Shown: piece by piece, positions 40,282-56,694 of the stretch
Position numbering within the stretch: position 1 is the stretch's first letter
How the letters are laid out: each line of letters opens with the position of its first letter
NCBI RefSeq assembly: GCF_009914755.1
Contig: NC_060928.1
DNA length: 64,000 bases
Reading direction: 5' to 3' (one strand)
Source of the DNA: the human T2T-CHM13v2.0 reference genome, Homo sapiens
Made by a program: the position numbers and the translations under genes
Notes under the pieces: model-generated
Database searches by the model: none
What the model was told of the DNA's origin: nothing
The model's input: the letters and a program-made list of their open reading frames with translations, nothing else

Positions 40282-40929
40282 GAACCAAGGTCTGTACTTC
40301 TGAATGTGTGGCCACTATTGCAATCCCAAAGTAGTGATGGGTTTTAATACTCGTTGGGTAATAACTTTGCAACAATCTGGCAGTGACACTTAGCATTGCG
40401 TGTATTTTCCTTCGTATAGTGAGTGCTCCAGACATGGCCAATCCACAATTCTCACTGATCAGTTCTGCATTTTAGTTCATTCTGACTGTTGAGCTGGTTA
40501 CCAAGCCAGTTAGCTCAGTTTTCCCAAGGTGATCTTGCTTTTCAATATCAAGTATATGATTTGGCTTGATCTGGAGATGCAGTGTTTAATAGATGTTATG
40601 AGCAGTCCATCCTAGGGCTCAGTAAGAGTGTGTTCCTTAATACTACAAAGTTCTGCCCCCACTACCATTGGAAGCCAAAGTGCACCCCCTCCCCACCCCC
40701 CGTAATTCCTTGTGTTTCTGTTGGTTAGATTTCACACATCTTTGTTCTTCCTTTCTTAGCTTAAGGCACAGTCTTTTACCCAGGACTCTCATCTGACACA
40801 AGTAGGACCTTTCCTTCTGGAAAATGACAAAAATATTCCCAACATAAAAATTAACTTCTAAAAATCCCTGCACAGGACTGAACTGACTGATGCTTTAGGG
40901 TTATCATATTTAGAAGGAAAAAAATGGAC

Positions 40930-41587
<658 letters not shown>

Positions 41588-41692
41588 GGATGTACTTATA
41601 CTAAAAAATGATCTGTTGCTTATCTGAAATTCAGATTTAACTAGGTATCCAGTATTTTATCTAACCAACCCTAGATGCAAGTAGTTTTTAAA

Positions 41693-41996
<304 letters not shown>

Positions 41997-42841
41997 TAAA
42001 AGAAAGAAAAAGATAAAGGAAATAACCCTGTTGATATTTAGCTGGGGCGAGGATAAGGTGGGAGGGGAAAAGCAGTAGAAGTGTTTTCCTGAGTACCACA
42101 ACTGTGAGGAAAATTGAGCTCACTCCAGTTCACAACAAGCTAAACATTTTCAAAATTATGCTAGAAACAGTAGGGGAAACGAGGAGGATATACATTTGCA
42201 GTGCGAGTAGCGAGGTTCATAGAAGATATTCCCTCTGATACTGGGAAATGAAAAATAGAACATTACAGCTGGGGAAGTTCTTTATAGTTTACTTGGTCTG
42301 ATATCTTCCTTTCCCCTAGGGGGAAATTGGAACTGCAATATTAAGAGGCTGAGTTACCTGACCACATTTTCATCATCATTTAGAGGCTGAACAAAGACCA
42401 GAATCTTGGTATTTATTTGATCCTTCATTCTTGGAAAAAAACCTGTACAACATGACTCTGACATACCATAAGTTTAGAGGCAATCCATGTAAAATTAAGT
42501 GCTTTTGATAATGGAGACATCTAAATTGAGCTTTCTTGTATAAAAGTGATTACTGCAGAAATTAAAGTAACAGTCACTGAAAAAAAAAATTCTGCCCAGT
42601 TTCAGAAATTGCACTTTCGCTTCTGCAGTGGCCAGATTCACAATGCCCTCAGCATACATTCTTAATTTATTTGGTCTTCTATAGGTAGCATCCCTATAAA
42701 CTGAGTGAATTTGGATTAAATGATTTCAATGGTAACTTCTAAGTCTATGACTCAGAAATCTGTATTGTCTGAATCTCTCTTAAGGAATTTCCAGTCTTAC
42801 TGATTTCAGACATACCCACATAAAATAGAGATGATTTAGTT

Positions 42842-43188
<347 letters not shown>

Positions 43189-43964
43189 TTAGAAAAAGGT
43201 CAAAATTAAAATTCAGCATATTTAATGCAGAAAGCAAATGTCGGGGTTGAGGGATTGTAGTGTTAACTGGAGTGGGCCTTCTTGGAGAATATGAGTTGAA
43301 CTCAACCTTGAGGTAGCAGAACTTGAGGACTTAGGTTGAGGGTAGGAGGAGAGGAGAGTTTAAGAAAACCAAACATTGGCTACCGCATAAAATTTGTGCT
43401 TGGAAATAGTGTCAAATAGCATTACCACAACTTCCATTGTCCATGCTCTTAGTTCTTCCGTGATTATACTTGAATCCCTCACACTGGCTGGTCTACTCAT
43501 TCCACTTCTTTTCTAAGGAAGCTTTTTCAGGGTCCTCCCAGCCACTCTCTCATCTGACTGGGTAAAAGATAAATTGACAAATGCGTGCATCTTGTGACAT
43601 GTCCAGAATATGACTTAATAATGTTGTTAAATTATTGCCTTCTCATCTGCGTGTCTCTTATGTTCTGCTTAAAGAGATTGTCAGTTTGTTCAAGCTCTTT
43701 TTAGTTGTTGCTCCTCCAGTGCCTAGCTTTGAGCTTTGTACACGGTAGTTATTGAGTTGAGTAACATAGTTTGTTCTGAGTCATTTGTTCCACATGCTTG
43801 AAGACTTGGCTTAACCTAGTAGATAATAGGAAAGAAATGGAAATGCTCTTTGATGAAAGAGCCCCTCTCTTATTCATCCTTTTTAAATTTTCTTTGTGCC
43901 CATATGCAGCAGCTCTCAGCAAACCTATATTTGGCAGTGTGGCCTGTATGACTAAAGAAATCCT

Positions 43965-44271
<307 letters not shown>

Positions 44272-46184
44272 GAAATCCATAGATCATGGACCCACAAACC
44301 CCTAGTTTTATGAGGGAAGTGAGACCCAGAATAGTTGATAACTTTCTCAAGGCTACTAAACATGCAGTTCTCCTCACTCTAGAGAGTGTTCTTTTTTTTT
44401 TTTTGGGGGGGGGGGGATACCTTGCTCTTTCTCATCTTTGCCTGGCAGTACAAAAAATTTTGCTAGATCCAAGGGTGTTCAATTATCCATCTCTACCCTT
44501 TCCTTGTCGTAGGAATGGAGTAGAGGAACACCTAGAAGTCAGGAGACTTGGCTGCTTCTTAACCCTGTACTACATTTGTGTCTTAGAGAATCCACTTAAT
44601 TTCTCCAAGTTTCTGTTTCTACATCTTTAGAAATGGGGTAGGCCTCATGTGAATGCTAGGTCTCTTCTAGTTGTATTTAGTAATTTAGCACTAGTTCTGA
44701 ATTCTGTTGACTTTCTGAGGATCCAAGGATCTTCTGTTCTCCTTCCCTCTTACAAATCATTTCCACAGTTTTTGCTAAAAGTAGAGGGGTGTAACATGTA
44801 TGGGAGTTAGGGGAAGGGCAGAGGTGGGGTGAGGGAGATGGATCTGGGCTATGGTGTGCAGCAGACCTAGTGCCCTTCACTCTCCTGCCCGTCACTCTGC
44901 AGTGGTAGCATGGGATGCAAAAAACCAGCCGACTCGACAGGATAGTCTCTGACTTTTGGACATTGAGTATCTTTTTGGTGTTGGATGCCTTGTCTTCACT
45001 TTCCCTCTTCTTGTGGTCTGGGTTGTTTGGTGTCTCGATGTCTGTGAAGCATAATAAGACAAAGAGCAGACAGAACTGCTCTTTCAGAGTGTCACCAGAG
45101 ATGGAATAAAGGCTCCTAAGGAATTCTGAGGTGTCGTGTGATGAAGCCATGGCAGCTCCCTCTGGTGAAGGAAAGAAATGTGCCCTCTTCACCTCCTTTG
45201 AAGTGCTGAGCCTACCCACAAGGATGTGTTTTTTCTAGAAGGAAAAGTCTCCACTTTTGGCAGCAGAACTGAAATAGAAAAATTGAGCTTGACCTATTTC
45301 CTTAGCAGTGAGTGCCTTGCATTGTCCTCTCAGGCAGTATGAAAATCCTTGAACTGGGAAACTGACAGCTGCAATCAGACACTTGCATTGGGGGAAACTT
45401 CATGAATTTTAATAGGAGTGCTGCTCCTGGATGAGGTTGGGAGAGGAAAGAGAGCCAAGCCAATTCAAACAAAAGGAGCAGAAGGGGCTTTATTACATGA
45501 ACAGCTCATGGCAGTGATGAGAGTAATATTCAAATTATTTATTTGACAACGATTTTGATGATTTAAGAGGGAAGGATTGCTGAACTCCTATGAAGTCGAA
45601 GGGGTTATGAATCTTCCATGATTATTAATCCCACTGTACTGAAGGCAAAGAAGGAGGGTATATCAAAACATGAATTGCTAACAGTAGCAGTCCTCAGACA
45701 CCGCACTTTAGTGATACCCAGGAAATGAACTCCGGGAATGGCAGTCACCACTACTCAGATAAAACTGCTTCCCTCATGGACTCACCACACACAGGCACAG
45801 ACGCATGTGCACACCCACAGAGCCAGTTTCTGGACATCCTTTCTGCCCTCTTTGATGTACGTAGCACTTCCCCTACTGAGTAGCCATGCGGCATCCTGTT
45901 TGTCCAGGAAGGAAGTGTTGGAATCTGTTCTCATTGTCAGACCTCTCTTATGAAGCTGCTGCTTGTCAGCATTGATATTCCCAAGGTGGTCTCCTAAGTC
46001 AGGAAGAGTATAGAGGCAGTGCTTCTTGTTTTATATAATAGTCCCATCCACTTCTTTCACAACGTGCCTTCCATGCCACTCCCAGACTAATGTTTGTCAG
46101 AAGCGGGGACTGCTTTTGAAAATTCATGCAACCGTGAGCTACTTTTGTGTTTGCGGCCACGCTTCGTTTAAGAAGGGGACCTGA

Positions 46185-46268
46185 GGCCGGGCACAGTGGC
46201 TCACACCTGTAATCCCAGCACTTTAGGAGGCCGAGGCAGGCGGATCACGAGGTCAGGAGTTCAAGACT
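46185..46268 (+). mobile_element. Alu left-arm fragment
   Basis: Ends abruptly after ggagttcaagact. Confidence 0.85.
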
Positions 46269-46344
46269 ACTGAATGTAGTAATTTCAGAGTCCCACTTTT
46301 CTGAATAAATCACAAAATAATGTTTTAAGTGAAGACGGTACTTA

Positions 46345-46904
<560 letters not shown>

Positions 46905-46949
46905 AAAGCTTTGTTCAGCAAATTCCTGTGTTGGTGGGACTATTTAGCC

Positions 46950-47760
46950 CAGGGAGATTTCAACCAAGGACGGTTACCTGTGAGAGTGCTGGCTGACTTT
47001 CCACAAACCATTTAGGAAGTACTGAAGAAAACAACCATACGCTGAACAGAACCAGCAATTGTGGTCTCCAGATTCAGGAGGGAACTAATTTCTGGGTGTT
47101 TGAGCCAGTCTTTCTCCTGTGGCTGGAGGGGAATGAAATGGGTATTTCCATGGGTCGGAGAATTGGGACTCACGACAGACTAAGGCAGAACACGTGAGAA
47201 ATGCAAGTGAGGGCTGTCCTTCACCCAGATGAAGGAGCCCCTCTTTGGTCCCCTGCCAGGGCTTGTTGTCAACCGGTGGAGGTGGTGGAGGAAGGACTTG
47301 GTGAGTCTTTGTCCCAGGCCTCACAGTTTTGACGGTTTCATATTTAGTCTTGAAAAATGATCATGTAATGAATGTATACAGTTGTAATTTCTGTGAGCTT
47401 AAATAATGTGTTGCACTTACTGTAGAATATGTCTTGATTCCTGTAGCTCATTTTGGCGTGTCTTCATGCTTTAGTAAGGTGGAAGTGGCCCTGCCTCTTG
47501 GCATTGGAGAAGCCCTCTCTCCCCTCTCTGTACCGTGCTCCTTCCTAACTCTTGGCCTATTCTTCTGTCCATAATAGAGCTCCTGCACTGAGGTCTACAC
47601 GGGCTCCCATTTATCTTTGCCTGTGCTGTAAGCCAGAGTATCTTTAAATCGTGTAAGTTGCCCGAGGCAACCAGCTATGGCAGAAGAAGATAGGTGGCTG
47701 GAATTTATTGCGGAAGTAACATTTATTTACGTTTGGGATCCCACTAATGTTCGAATCCTT
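46950..47760. promoter_or_regulatory. Putative internal promoter/enhancer
   Basis: Non-repeat CpG retention; CACGTG at 47191, RFX-type palindrome at 47657, GCGGAAGT at 47710; outward-facing donors at 46977(-) and 47301(+). Confidence 0.4.
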
Positions 47761-49399
47761 GCTTCTGTGCTGTCATGCCTCCCTCTTGTCTCATCACATC
47801 TGTTCTCTGCCTAAGCCCCATGGTTTTCCATAGCCATCTCCATGCCTATCCTTGTAGTAAAAGCTGTCCTTCCGCCATGAATCTAATACTATGAGCCCTG
47901 AGCTTGGAGTCCCTGCCTCTGTGCTATTCATCCACTCACCCATCACTAAATATTCCCTGAGTGCCTACGGCACAGGCGCAGGCACAGTGCTGAGTGCTCT
48001 GGGTGTAAGAGCGAGAAAGATACGGTCTCCAGGTGCTGGGTGTCTTCCTAACTTTCCTGAGCTGCTGCAAGCTCATGGTGACCTACCTAAGCCTCCACCC
48101 TTGATATTCAATCAGGCCATATCCACCTGCCTACGTTCCCAAGTTTCCTTGCCACACCATGAGAATCCAAGGGTGACTTCTGTTCATAATAATGGAGAAA
48201 TAATGTACCAAAACATCTTCCCGGAGAGGGGCTGAGAGGCCTTAATGCTGTGGTAAGGCAGGGTATTCATTCAGGTGCCAAGATGGATTGGAAAATATCC
48301 AAGAAGTAAGGAGGCTCTTCTTCTCAGGCTAAATAACAGCCTCCTTGTTGGGAAGGGAATAATCAGTCCCAGCTGGAGAAAAGAGACTGCATTCCCTTTG
48401 CTTTTCCATTCAAATCTAATCTTATGACATGAGTTTCTGACATGAGTAGCATTCTTGCCCAGACTTGTGGCCCCAGGGAGGGGATGGTTATTTAAGACAG
48501 CTGGCTCCTCCAGCAAAGCATAGAGCTTGATGATAAATGCTTACAGACAACTTCCCTTACTTGCTGGTCCCAGTCCCAGTTTAATTGACACCCCTAGAGA
48601 TTTGCAAAAAAGAAATAGATGTTTCTTTGAACGGATATCATGTCTCTGAATGCAAGAAAAAGATAAGATGCTACATGCATACAGTTCATCAGTATTTCCC
48701 AGCTTAAGGAATTCTTCAGGGAGGGATTCCTTTTATGCATTCCCTGTGAAACAAGTGTCCTCTGCCTTTAAACCCTGTCTTGTGTTATAATGTAGAATAA
48801 ATCTCATATGATTTTGTTTTTCCTTCCTTTGCTTTGTTTTTTTAAAGGAACTCTTTCTATGAATCAGTGATTTTAAGACATCTTGCAGGGTTTTTTTTGT
48901 TTTCTCTAGAAGCTTAGATATAGCTCCAACCTGAATAATTTTAGGTTTTAGTTATTTTAAAATGCTTTTTTTTCCGAGTTGATGCTCCTTTTGGTCAAGA
49001 AGCCCTGTATGGAGTAACAGCTCTGCATAAATATTTAGGCCCAAATGTCAAGCATTTGCTTCACATTTCTTTTTCATAATTAGAGATGTAGTCTATGGGC
49101 GAGGAATGAATTGATTCAAACATCTTTTCCTCCATCGAAGAACTTTGGTCACTAAAATGGTTATAACACATACACTAAATTGAACATTCTGAGAAAGGCA
49201 TTTATTTGAAAGAATTTGGAAGTATTAAGGGTATAAAGAATTTATCTTTGCAGTTTATGAAAAGTAATGATATTAATGATAGAATTATCTTTCAAAAGCA
49301 AAAGTTTGAGGAATAGATCGATGAGCCAAAAAGGAGAGTGTAAGAAAAACTAAGAACTGCTTAGGTTTCAAAATCAGTACTTAGTGAAAAAAGAAAATT

Positions 49400-49735
49400 G
49401 TAAAGACATAATCAGTATGACATAACTTACATAAAAGTTTTGAAACATACCAAATAATATTCCTGGTTGTCTGTGGACACATACCTCTATAATATGAGGT
49501 CTGAAAACATGGGTTGGAAGGATATATGCCAAATGCTTGACAGAATTGTCCTGGGTTGGTGGGGAAGGAAGCAGGGCACTGGGGCTGGGGACCAGGAACA
49601 AAAGAGAATTTAACTTTGTAATGTTTTGTTTCCATGTATTAAAGGGATCTGAAGTAGACATGACCAAATGATATTTGTTAATTCTGGGGGCTGGGAATTA
49701 TTTGCTGTAACTCTTCAATCCTGAATTAAATATAT
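49400..49735 (+). mobile_element. Old L1ME 3' fragment
   Basis: cagtatgacataac...ggaaggatatatgccaaatgcttgacag. Confidence 0.55.
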
Positions 49736-50592
49736 GAATTACCTTAAAATGAAAACAAAAAGAGTTTTCTACCCTCATTGTGAAGCTCCACGTAAATGGG
49801 GGCAGAGGTTCACAGCCAACAGTCATAACCTTTCTATGGGTATTTGCATATTTAGAGTAGGCATTGATAAGCCAATTAATCTAAATAATGAACTATCTTG
49901 CTTTGAATTCTTCTAAACTAAGTATTTGCTCTATCAACTTGCAAATCAGTTGTACATATGTTAGCATAAAAAGTTTTGGCTGTATTTCAGGAACAGGTGC
50001 CTTTTAAACAGGAAAATTTAATTGTGGTGTATGCCTCAGCCAATATCAATTTCACTTTTAAAATGTTGCCATAAATAATTCAAACGGATGGCATGCTTTT
50101 CGTTTCTGAACAGCCACAGGCATGTAGCTTATTCAGAGGATTTCTTCGACCGTAGATGTGAGAACTTCATCTACTAAGAAGGCTGCTCTAGGGAAAAAAA
50201 AAAAAATCTTATTGCTTTTCTTGTAAGATTTATGTTGGTTTGAAAATGAAAATTTAGATTCCTTGTCATGTGAAAACAGATGCAGCTATACAAACCAAAA
50301 TCTTGTTTGCAGCACAGAACTGCCCCACTGATTTTGGACTCTAATCTACTCACCTTGCCGGACCACAACTTAAAACTAGGAAATAAGCAGAGAGAACTTT
50401 GTCATTCGGCAGTCTGAAATTTGGGAACTGAAGTTTATTTTCTTTCCTCCTAATCAAAGCCTCTAACTTTCAACCAGTTTACTCTTATTTTACACTTAAG
50501 TTTCCTAAACTTGAAATATCTCTTTCTAAGCTCACAAATGTTAAATGCAACAAATCAGAAGTTGGTGTAGGGGCTGCTAAGAAAGAGATTAA

Positions 50593-50990
<398 letters not shown>

Positions 50991-51406
50991 AAGATTTCTT
51001 CTTTTAATAGTGATGATTTTCCTAGAAACATAAATAGTCCCACTGTAGTAGAATGTAGTCATGGTGTCTTTGCTATTCGTGCTGAATAGTTGTTGTTTTC
51101 CAAAGTAAGTATAGAATTAACTAACTTATTTTCAAAATAAGTATAGAATTAACCAACCATACCTCCTTAATTGATGGTTCTCTTAGTCTTGATTCCAAGG
51201 GTCTTAACTACCTGGATGTGCTCATTGTATGCTAAACAGACACCAAAAGGGTTGACTAATCTTATTTTTATGTACAGACAATCAATTCCCGAAAAATGCT
51301 GCAGGTTTTGCATTGATTCAAAAATTTTAAAGGTCATAATATTATTAATACATATTTATACCCTTAGAATTCCCAGTTTGTCAGCAAATAGAGTCCCATT
51401 CTGTTA

Positions 51407-51458
51407 TGCCATTGAAAGTAATGATAAAAACTGCAGTTACTTTTGCACCAACCTAATA
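51407..51458. mobile_element. MADE1 (Hsmar1 MITE), one inverted repeat only
   Basis: aaaaactgcagttacttttgcaccaacctaata. Confidence 0.85.
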
Positions 51459-51794
51459 AAACCGTGATTGTAACTTGGGTTTGTAATTTGTTTTTAAAGA
51501 GCTAGACAGTTTGTTTGAAGATATCAATTTCCAAACATATTCAGTATTCCGTAAGGTATGGGAGATTGGCCTAAACTTGTACTGACCTTATGATATTACT
51601 TAGAAGTTGATCCTTAAAAAAAATCCTAGATATAAGCTTACATACTTGCCATTCATTTACTCCATAAAAGTAAGATGTAGAAAAATGGTTTGATTATTTG
51701 GGTTTTAGACAAGTATAAAAAATTATCTGACTTACCTCAATAAGCCCTGTTATGTTTTTTCATAGGTTGTAAATTACACTGTTAATACTTCTTT

Positions 51795-52010
51795 AGGGAG
51801 ACAGTATGTGGTCCAAGTATAAAGAGTATGTTCCAAGTTAGAGTGTAAATCTCAGCTCCTCCCTTACTGGCTGTATGACTTTGCACAAGTTACTTACCCT
51901 CTTTGAGCCTCTTTTTGTGTAAGATCGGAATGGTAGTCCCCACTTCACAAGGTAGTTTCCTGGGAGTTACGTGAAATTCATTGTGTCATTGCGTAGTTAG
52001 GTATTCCATG
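51795..52010 (+). mobile_element. MIR
   Basis: aaatctcagctcctcccttactggctgtatgactttgcacaagttacttaccctctttgagcctc. Confidence 0.7.
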
Positions 52011-52287
52011 CTTGTTCCCATTCCATTTCTGTTGGAAATAGAAAATTTTGGATTGGAAGATTGCCACCTTTTGCTTTGGTTCTCAATTGCCTTCTCTATA
52101 ACACTTATGATTTCATTTTTTGTTTATTATTTGAAGATGACTGAGTCCTAGAGAGCATTTATTTAAGTTCCAGTCACATCTGCTTGAACACGTTCCACTC
52201 TAGCTTCTTCAGAATAAAAGCTCATGATCATTGGACTCAATAGGTTTCTTCTGACTTCTTCACCTGAGTTCTTCTAAAACTTTGCTC

Positions 52288-52941
52288 TATTGGGGCGCAG
52301 AACACAATACCCCAAAGTGAAGGCATCAGAAACAGCCTGAGAAGCAGAGTCTCTCTCTGACCTTCTCCTGCCCTCTGGTCTCTTACCCCTCTTTCTCCCC
52401 CAGGCAGGCCACGGAAACTAGAATCTCTTCCCCAAGGTGGGTCGTAGAAACCAGAAACCCTTTTCCCCAAGGCCAGCCATAAAACCTGAAAATATTCCTC
52501 TAACTTTCCCCAAACCTTTCTCTGTAAGAGCTGGCCATAAAGAAATTATCTGACCTACCTTGTGTGGTAGTAGATCATAAGACCCCCATTCCAGAAAGAG
52601 TCCTGCCCCAAACCCAGGAGGAGGGACTGCTGCACACAGAGATCGGGAACACCCTGGACAGACAGGCATTGCTGAGTTTCTCTACCTCAGTCTACTAGCA
52701 TTATGTCACAGTCTTTGTCCAATTATATTTCTACATGGCTGTCCACTCTTGATTGGACCTAAGCATACAAGTGGATAGCTGTATCTTTGGGTCTTCATTG
52801 TGAGGGCTTGTCATGTAAAAAAATTTTTAAAAATTTAATAAATTTGTTATGCTTTTCTTTTGTTAACCTGTCTTTTGTTATAGGAGTGTCTACCGTGATC
52901 CTTACGATGGGGAAGAAAGGGATCACCTTTCTGCCCCTACA
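52288..52941 (+). mobile_element. ERV1 solo LTR (MER31/MER39-like)
   Basis: tattggggcgcagaacacaataccccaaa start, cccctaca end, near-TSD gctc/gttc, AATAAA at about 52837. Confidence 0.75.
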
Positions 52942-53381
52942 GTTCCAGCCTTCTTCACTTGGTGGAAAGCTCCAGAGTGGGTTTGAAACCTTTTCCTGTG
53001 GGAATTAAGACTGGGGGTAGGGAGCGGCTCTCAGTAGGGGGCAATCAGAGGACTGACATAGAAATGACCTCTTTTACAGGAAGAATGATGATTGCTTCTC
53101 CTCCCAGAATATATTTAGAAGCTCAATATCTCTGAATTCTTTAAAACCTTTTCATCCTATTGATAGAAAGAGGCACTTCCTAAAGCCAAATCTTTGGTCT
53201 CAGTATTCCATGATTGGTCTTAACTGGTGAATAGTTATTATTATGAGAAGGTTGCAGTGGGAAAAGGTTAGATCCAGTGTTTTTTTTTTTTTTAGGAAGC
53301 AAACCAAATGTAGGGAGCTGTCTGCAGATGCCTTTGAGAAGCCCTTTACTGTAAGAACTGTCATCTTTTAGCTTCAGTTCT

Positions 53382-53395
53382 GTTTCCATGGCAAC
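53382..53395. promoter_or_regulatory. RFX X-box motif GTTTCCATGGCAAC
   Basis: Matches the palindromic RFX consensus. Confidence 0.45.
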
Positions 53396-53697
53396 CACAT
53401 GGTCCCTGAGTGCCTGGCTGAATGAATTTACAGGAAGCTGAAAAACATTGCTATTCTAAGTAGCTTTCTTCTTCCTGTAGAAAGGGTCCTTCCCTTACTG
53501 TAGGCCAGCCAACATTTACTGGGAACAAAGAGGGCTATTTATGCTCATTGTACTCTGGGCCAAGGGTAAAGAAATGGGGAGAATCCCAGCCTCTGCTTAC
53601 TGACCTGTGAATTTGTTTATCTGGTTGTTGTCACTAGCATTTTGGAAGGACCAAATGATTTACCTTTCCTTTATTTCAGATATGGTTTCCCTGTTCA

Positions 53698-54007
53698 TTT
53701 TTTTTTTTAATTAAAAAAATTTTTTTCGAGACAGGATCTCACTCTCTTGTCCAGGCTGGAGTGCTGTGGCACCATCTCGGTTCGCTGCAGCCTTGACCTC
53801 CCAGGCTCAAGTTATCCTCCCACCTCTGCCTCTCAGTAGCTGGGACCACAGTTGTGCATCACCACGCCCAGCTAATTTTTTGATTTTCTGTAGAAACAAA
53901 GTATCACTATGTTGCCCAGGCTGGTCTTGAGCTCCCGGCCTCAAGCGATCCTCTCACCTCAGCCTCCTAAAGTGATGGAATTACAGACATGAACCACTCT
54001 ACCTGGC
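53698..54007 (-). mobile_element. AluJ
   Basis: Antisense dimer. Confidence 0.92.
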
Positions 54008-55381
54008 CTCCCAAATCATTTGAAGCAAAACTTTTATCCTAGGGGTAGAACTGTTTAAGAAAAATGGAGTGGGAAAGAGTCATGTCTGGAATAACGTTAG
54101 TTACAATGTAGTTAATTTGTTGATTTTATAGCCTTCAAGCATCTAGATGGGCAGTTATTTAAAATAAGTGTCTCATGCCAGCAATAGAAATAATGATAAT
54201 GGCTCAGGCAGATCTTAGGTCATCGTTTATTGCATGTTAACGTTGTGGTATGTTCTTTACATCTTTAAAAAGTTGTATTTCTGCTTGCTTACATGATAGA
54301 AAACTTATATGTAGTAGAATATTGTTTGGGGGGTTTAAAATGAAATGCAGCTCCCTTTTGGCATTTTATGACTTGTAACGTGACCATTTCTTAGGGAAAA
54401 AAATGAAGGCTATCAATATAGTTTTATTAAAAGCCTATAGAGTATTTTTAGTTTCAAAGATAAGCCATTTACTGGACTTCCTTTCTGAGTTCCTTCAAAT
54501 CCTTTTTAGAAGCAATGTAGAAATATTTTGTTTTTTTAACTACTCTTAGATAGAGACAGCCTTTTAGCTGAATTCTGATAATGAAAGCATTTAATTTCAG
54601 CAGGAGGTAGGGATTTTTGTTCTCTCTCTCTCTCTTTCACACCACCAACCGCCCCCACCACCTGCCAACACAGTTAAAGAAAATCCATAAAAAATGCTGA
54701 TCTATTCTATACTCCTGATATCTATCTTCCCATTACGTCTTCTATAAAATGTGGTCCTTGTTCAAAAGATGGACATTTCAAGAGGGCTAGGATTTTCCCT
54801 TTACTCTGTTTAGATAAGTAGATGCCAGTTTAAACCAGTTTCTCACTGAGATCCAGTGATGTTCCTTTTGAATTTTTATCAGATCTTAGAAAATGTCAAT
54901 AAAATAGCCGTGGAAAATATCTCAAGAGACCCTCATTTAATGCAATCTGAAGTCTCTGAATAGCACCAAATGTGGAGTGTAATTGCAAATTGCAGTGCTT
55001 TAAATCCCTTCTACCAAATTGTTGCAGTAGCAGATTTCACAAGTAGTTTTTCTCAAATCATCCTGAAATAATAATAAAAGAGATTTAATTCTTGAAAGAG
55101 CTTATATGATGTAAGATCAGTTTTTAGAGTTATTTTAAGGTGTCCAGGGCCAAAATTTGATCAACCAAGTATTTGCTATATCTTTTATAAGGAGCTACAT
55201 AGGATTTGACTGGTCTACCCAAACAATTTATAGGTTATCTTGGGATAGAAAACTAACATCATAAATTTGGGAACCAGGACTACTCTGCATTATAATGAGT
55301 TGATAGGAATCCATAGAGTATGAGATGGACCCTCTAGAGAGGGCTACCTGGAAAAAGTAGGACCCAAGGCATTTCTTTTGA

Positions 55382-55735
<354 letters not shown>

Positions 55736-56184
55736 TAAGCAAAGCCTATATGCTAGGTGCTATGTAATGCTGGAATTATAGTGGTGAACAAGACTGCATG
55801 TATGGTGCTCAGTCTGGTGAGAGGTCCAGACACAAAACCAGGCAGTTAACCTCAATGATAACATCTATCTTGAGTGAGTTAGAGTATTGAGGAAACATCT
55901 GGATTTGGAGGGGCTTTGAAGATTTCTTTGAGGACATGCAAAGCTAAATCTTGAACAGAAAGAAATCGATGGACATTACTATGTAGCCACTTAAAATAGT
56001 GTTTCTTTTACTCTCTCTCAGAAAAATGCATTTCAACTTTTCTAAAAGCAGTCTCCTAAAATATAAATAATAGCTCTTTTAAGAAACTAAAATATTTAGA
56101 CTTTAGAATCTTAGAGCAGGAAGGGGTCTTAGAGAAATCCAACTTGCTTTGACACCAACTCCTGTGTACTTCTGGAAAGAGTAA

Positions 56185-56556
<372 letters not shown>

Positions 56557-56694
56557 CAGTCTTATGTTTCTTACTCTTAATTCCTAACACACCCCACTCG
56601 GGTTCAGAATGTAAGTGTCCAGAGAAGATGATCTCTGTGTGTCCTCTTTTTTTTGTTTTGAGGAAAGGGTTTATTATGCTACTAATATATGCAT

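Noticed and set aside
51407-51458. miR-548-like hairpin
   Set aside because: Only one MADE1 arm is present
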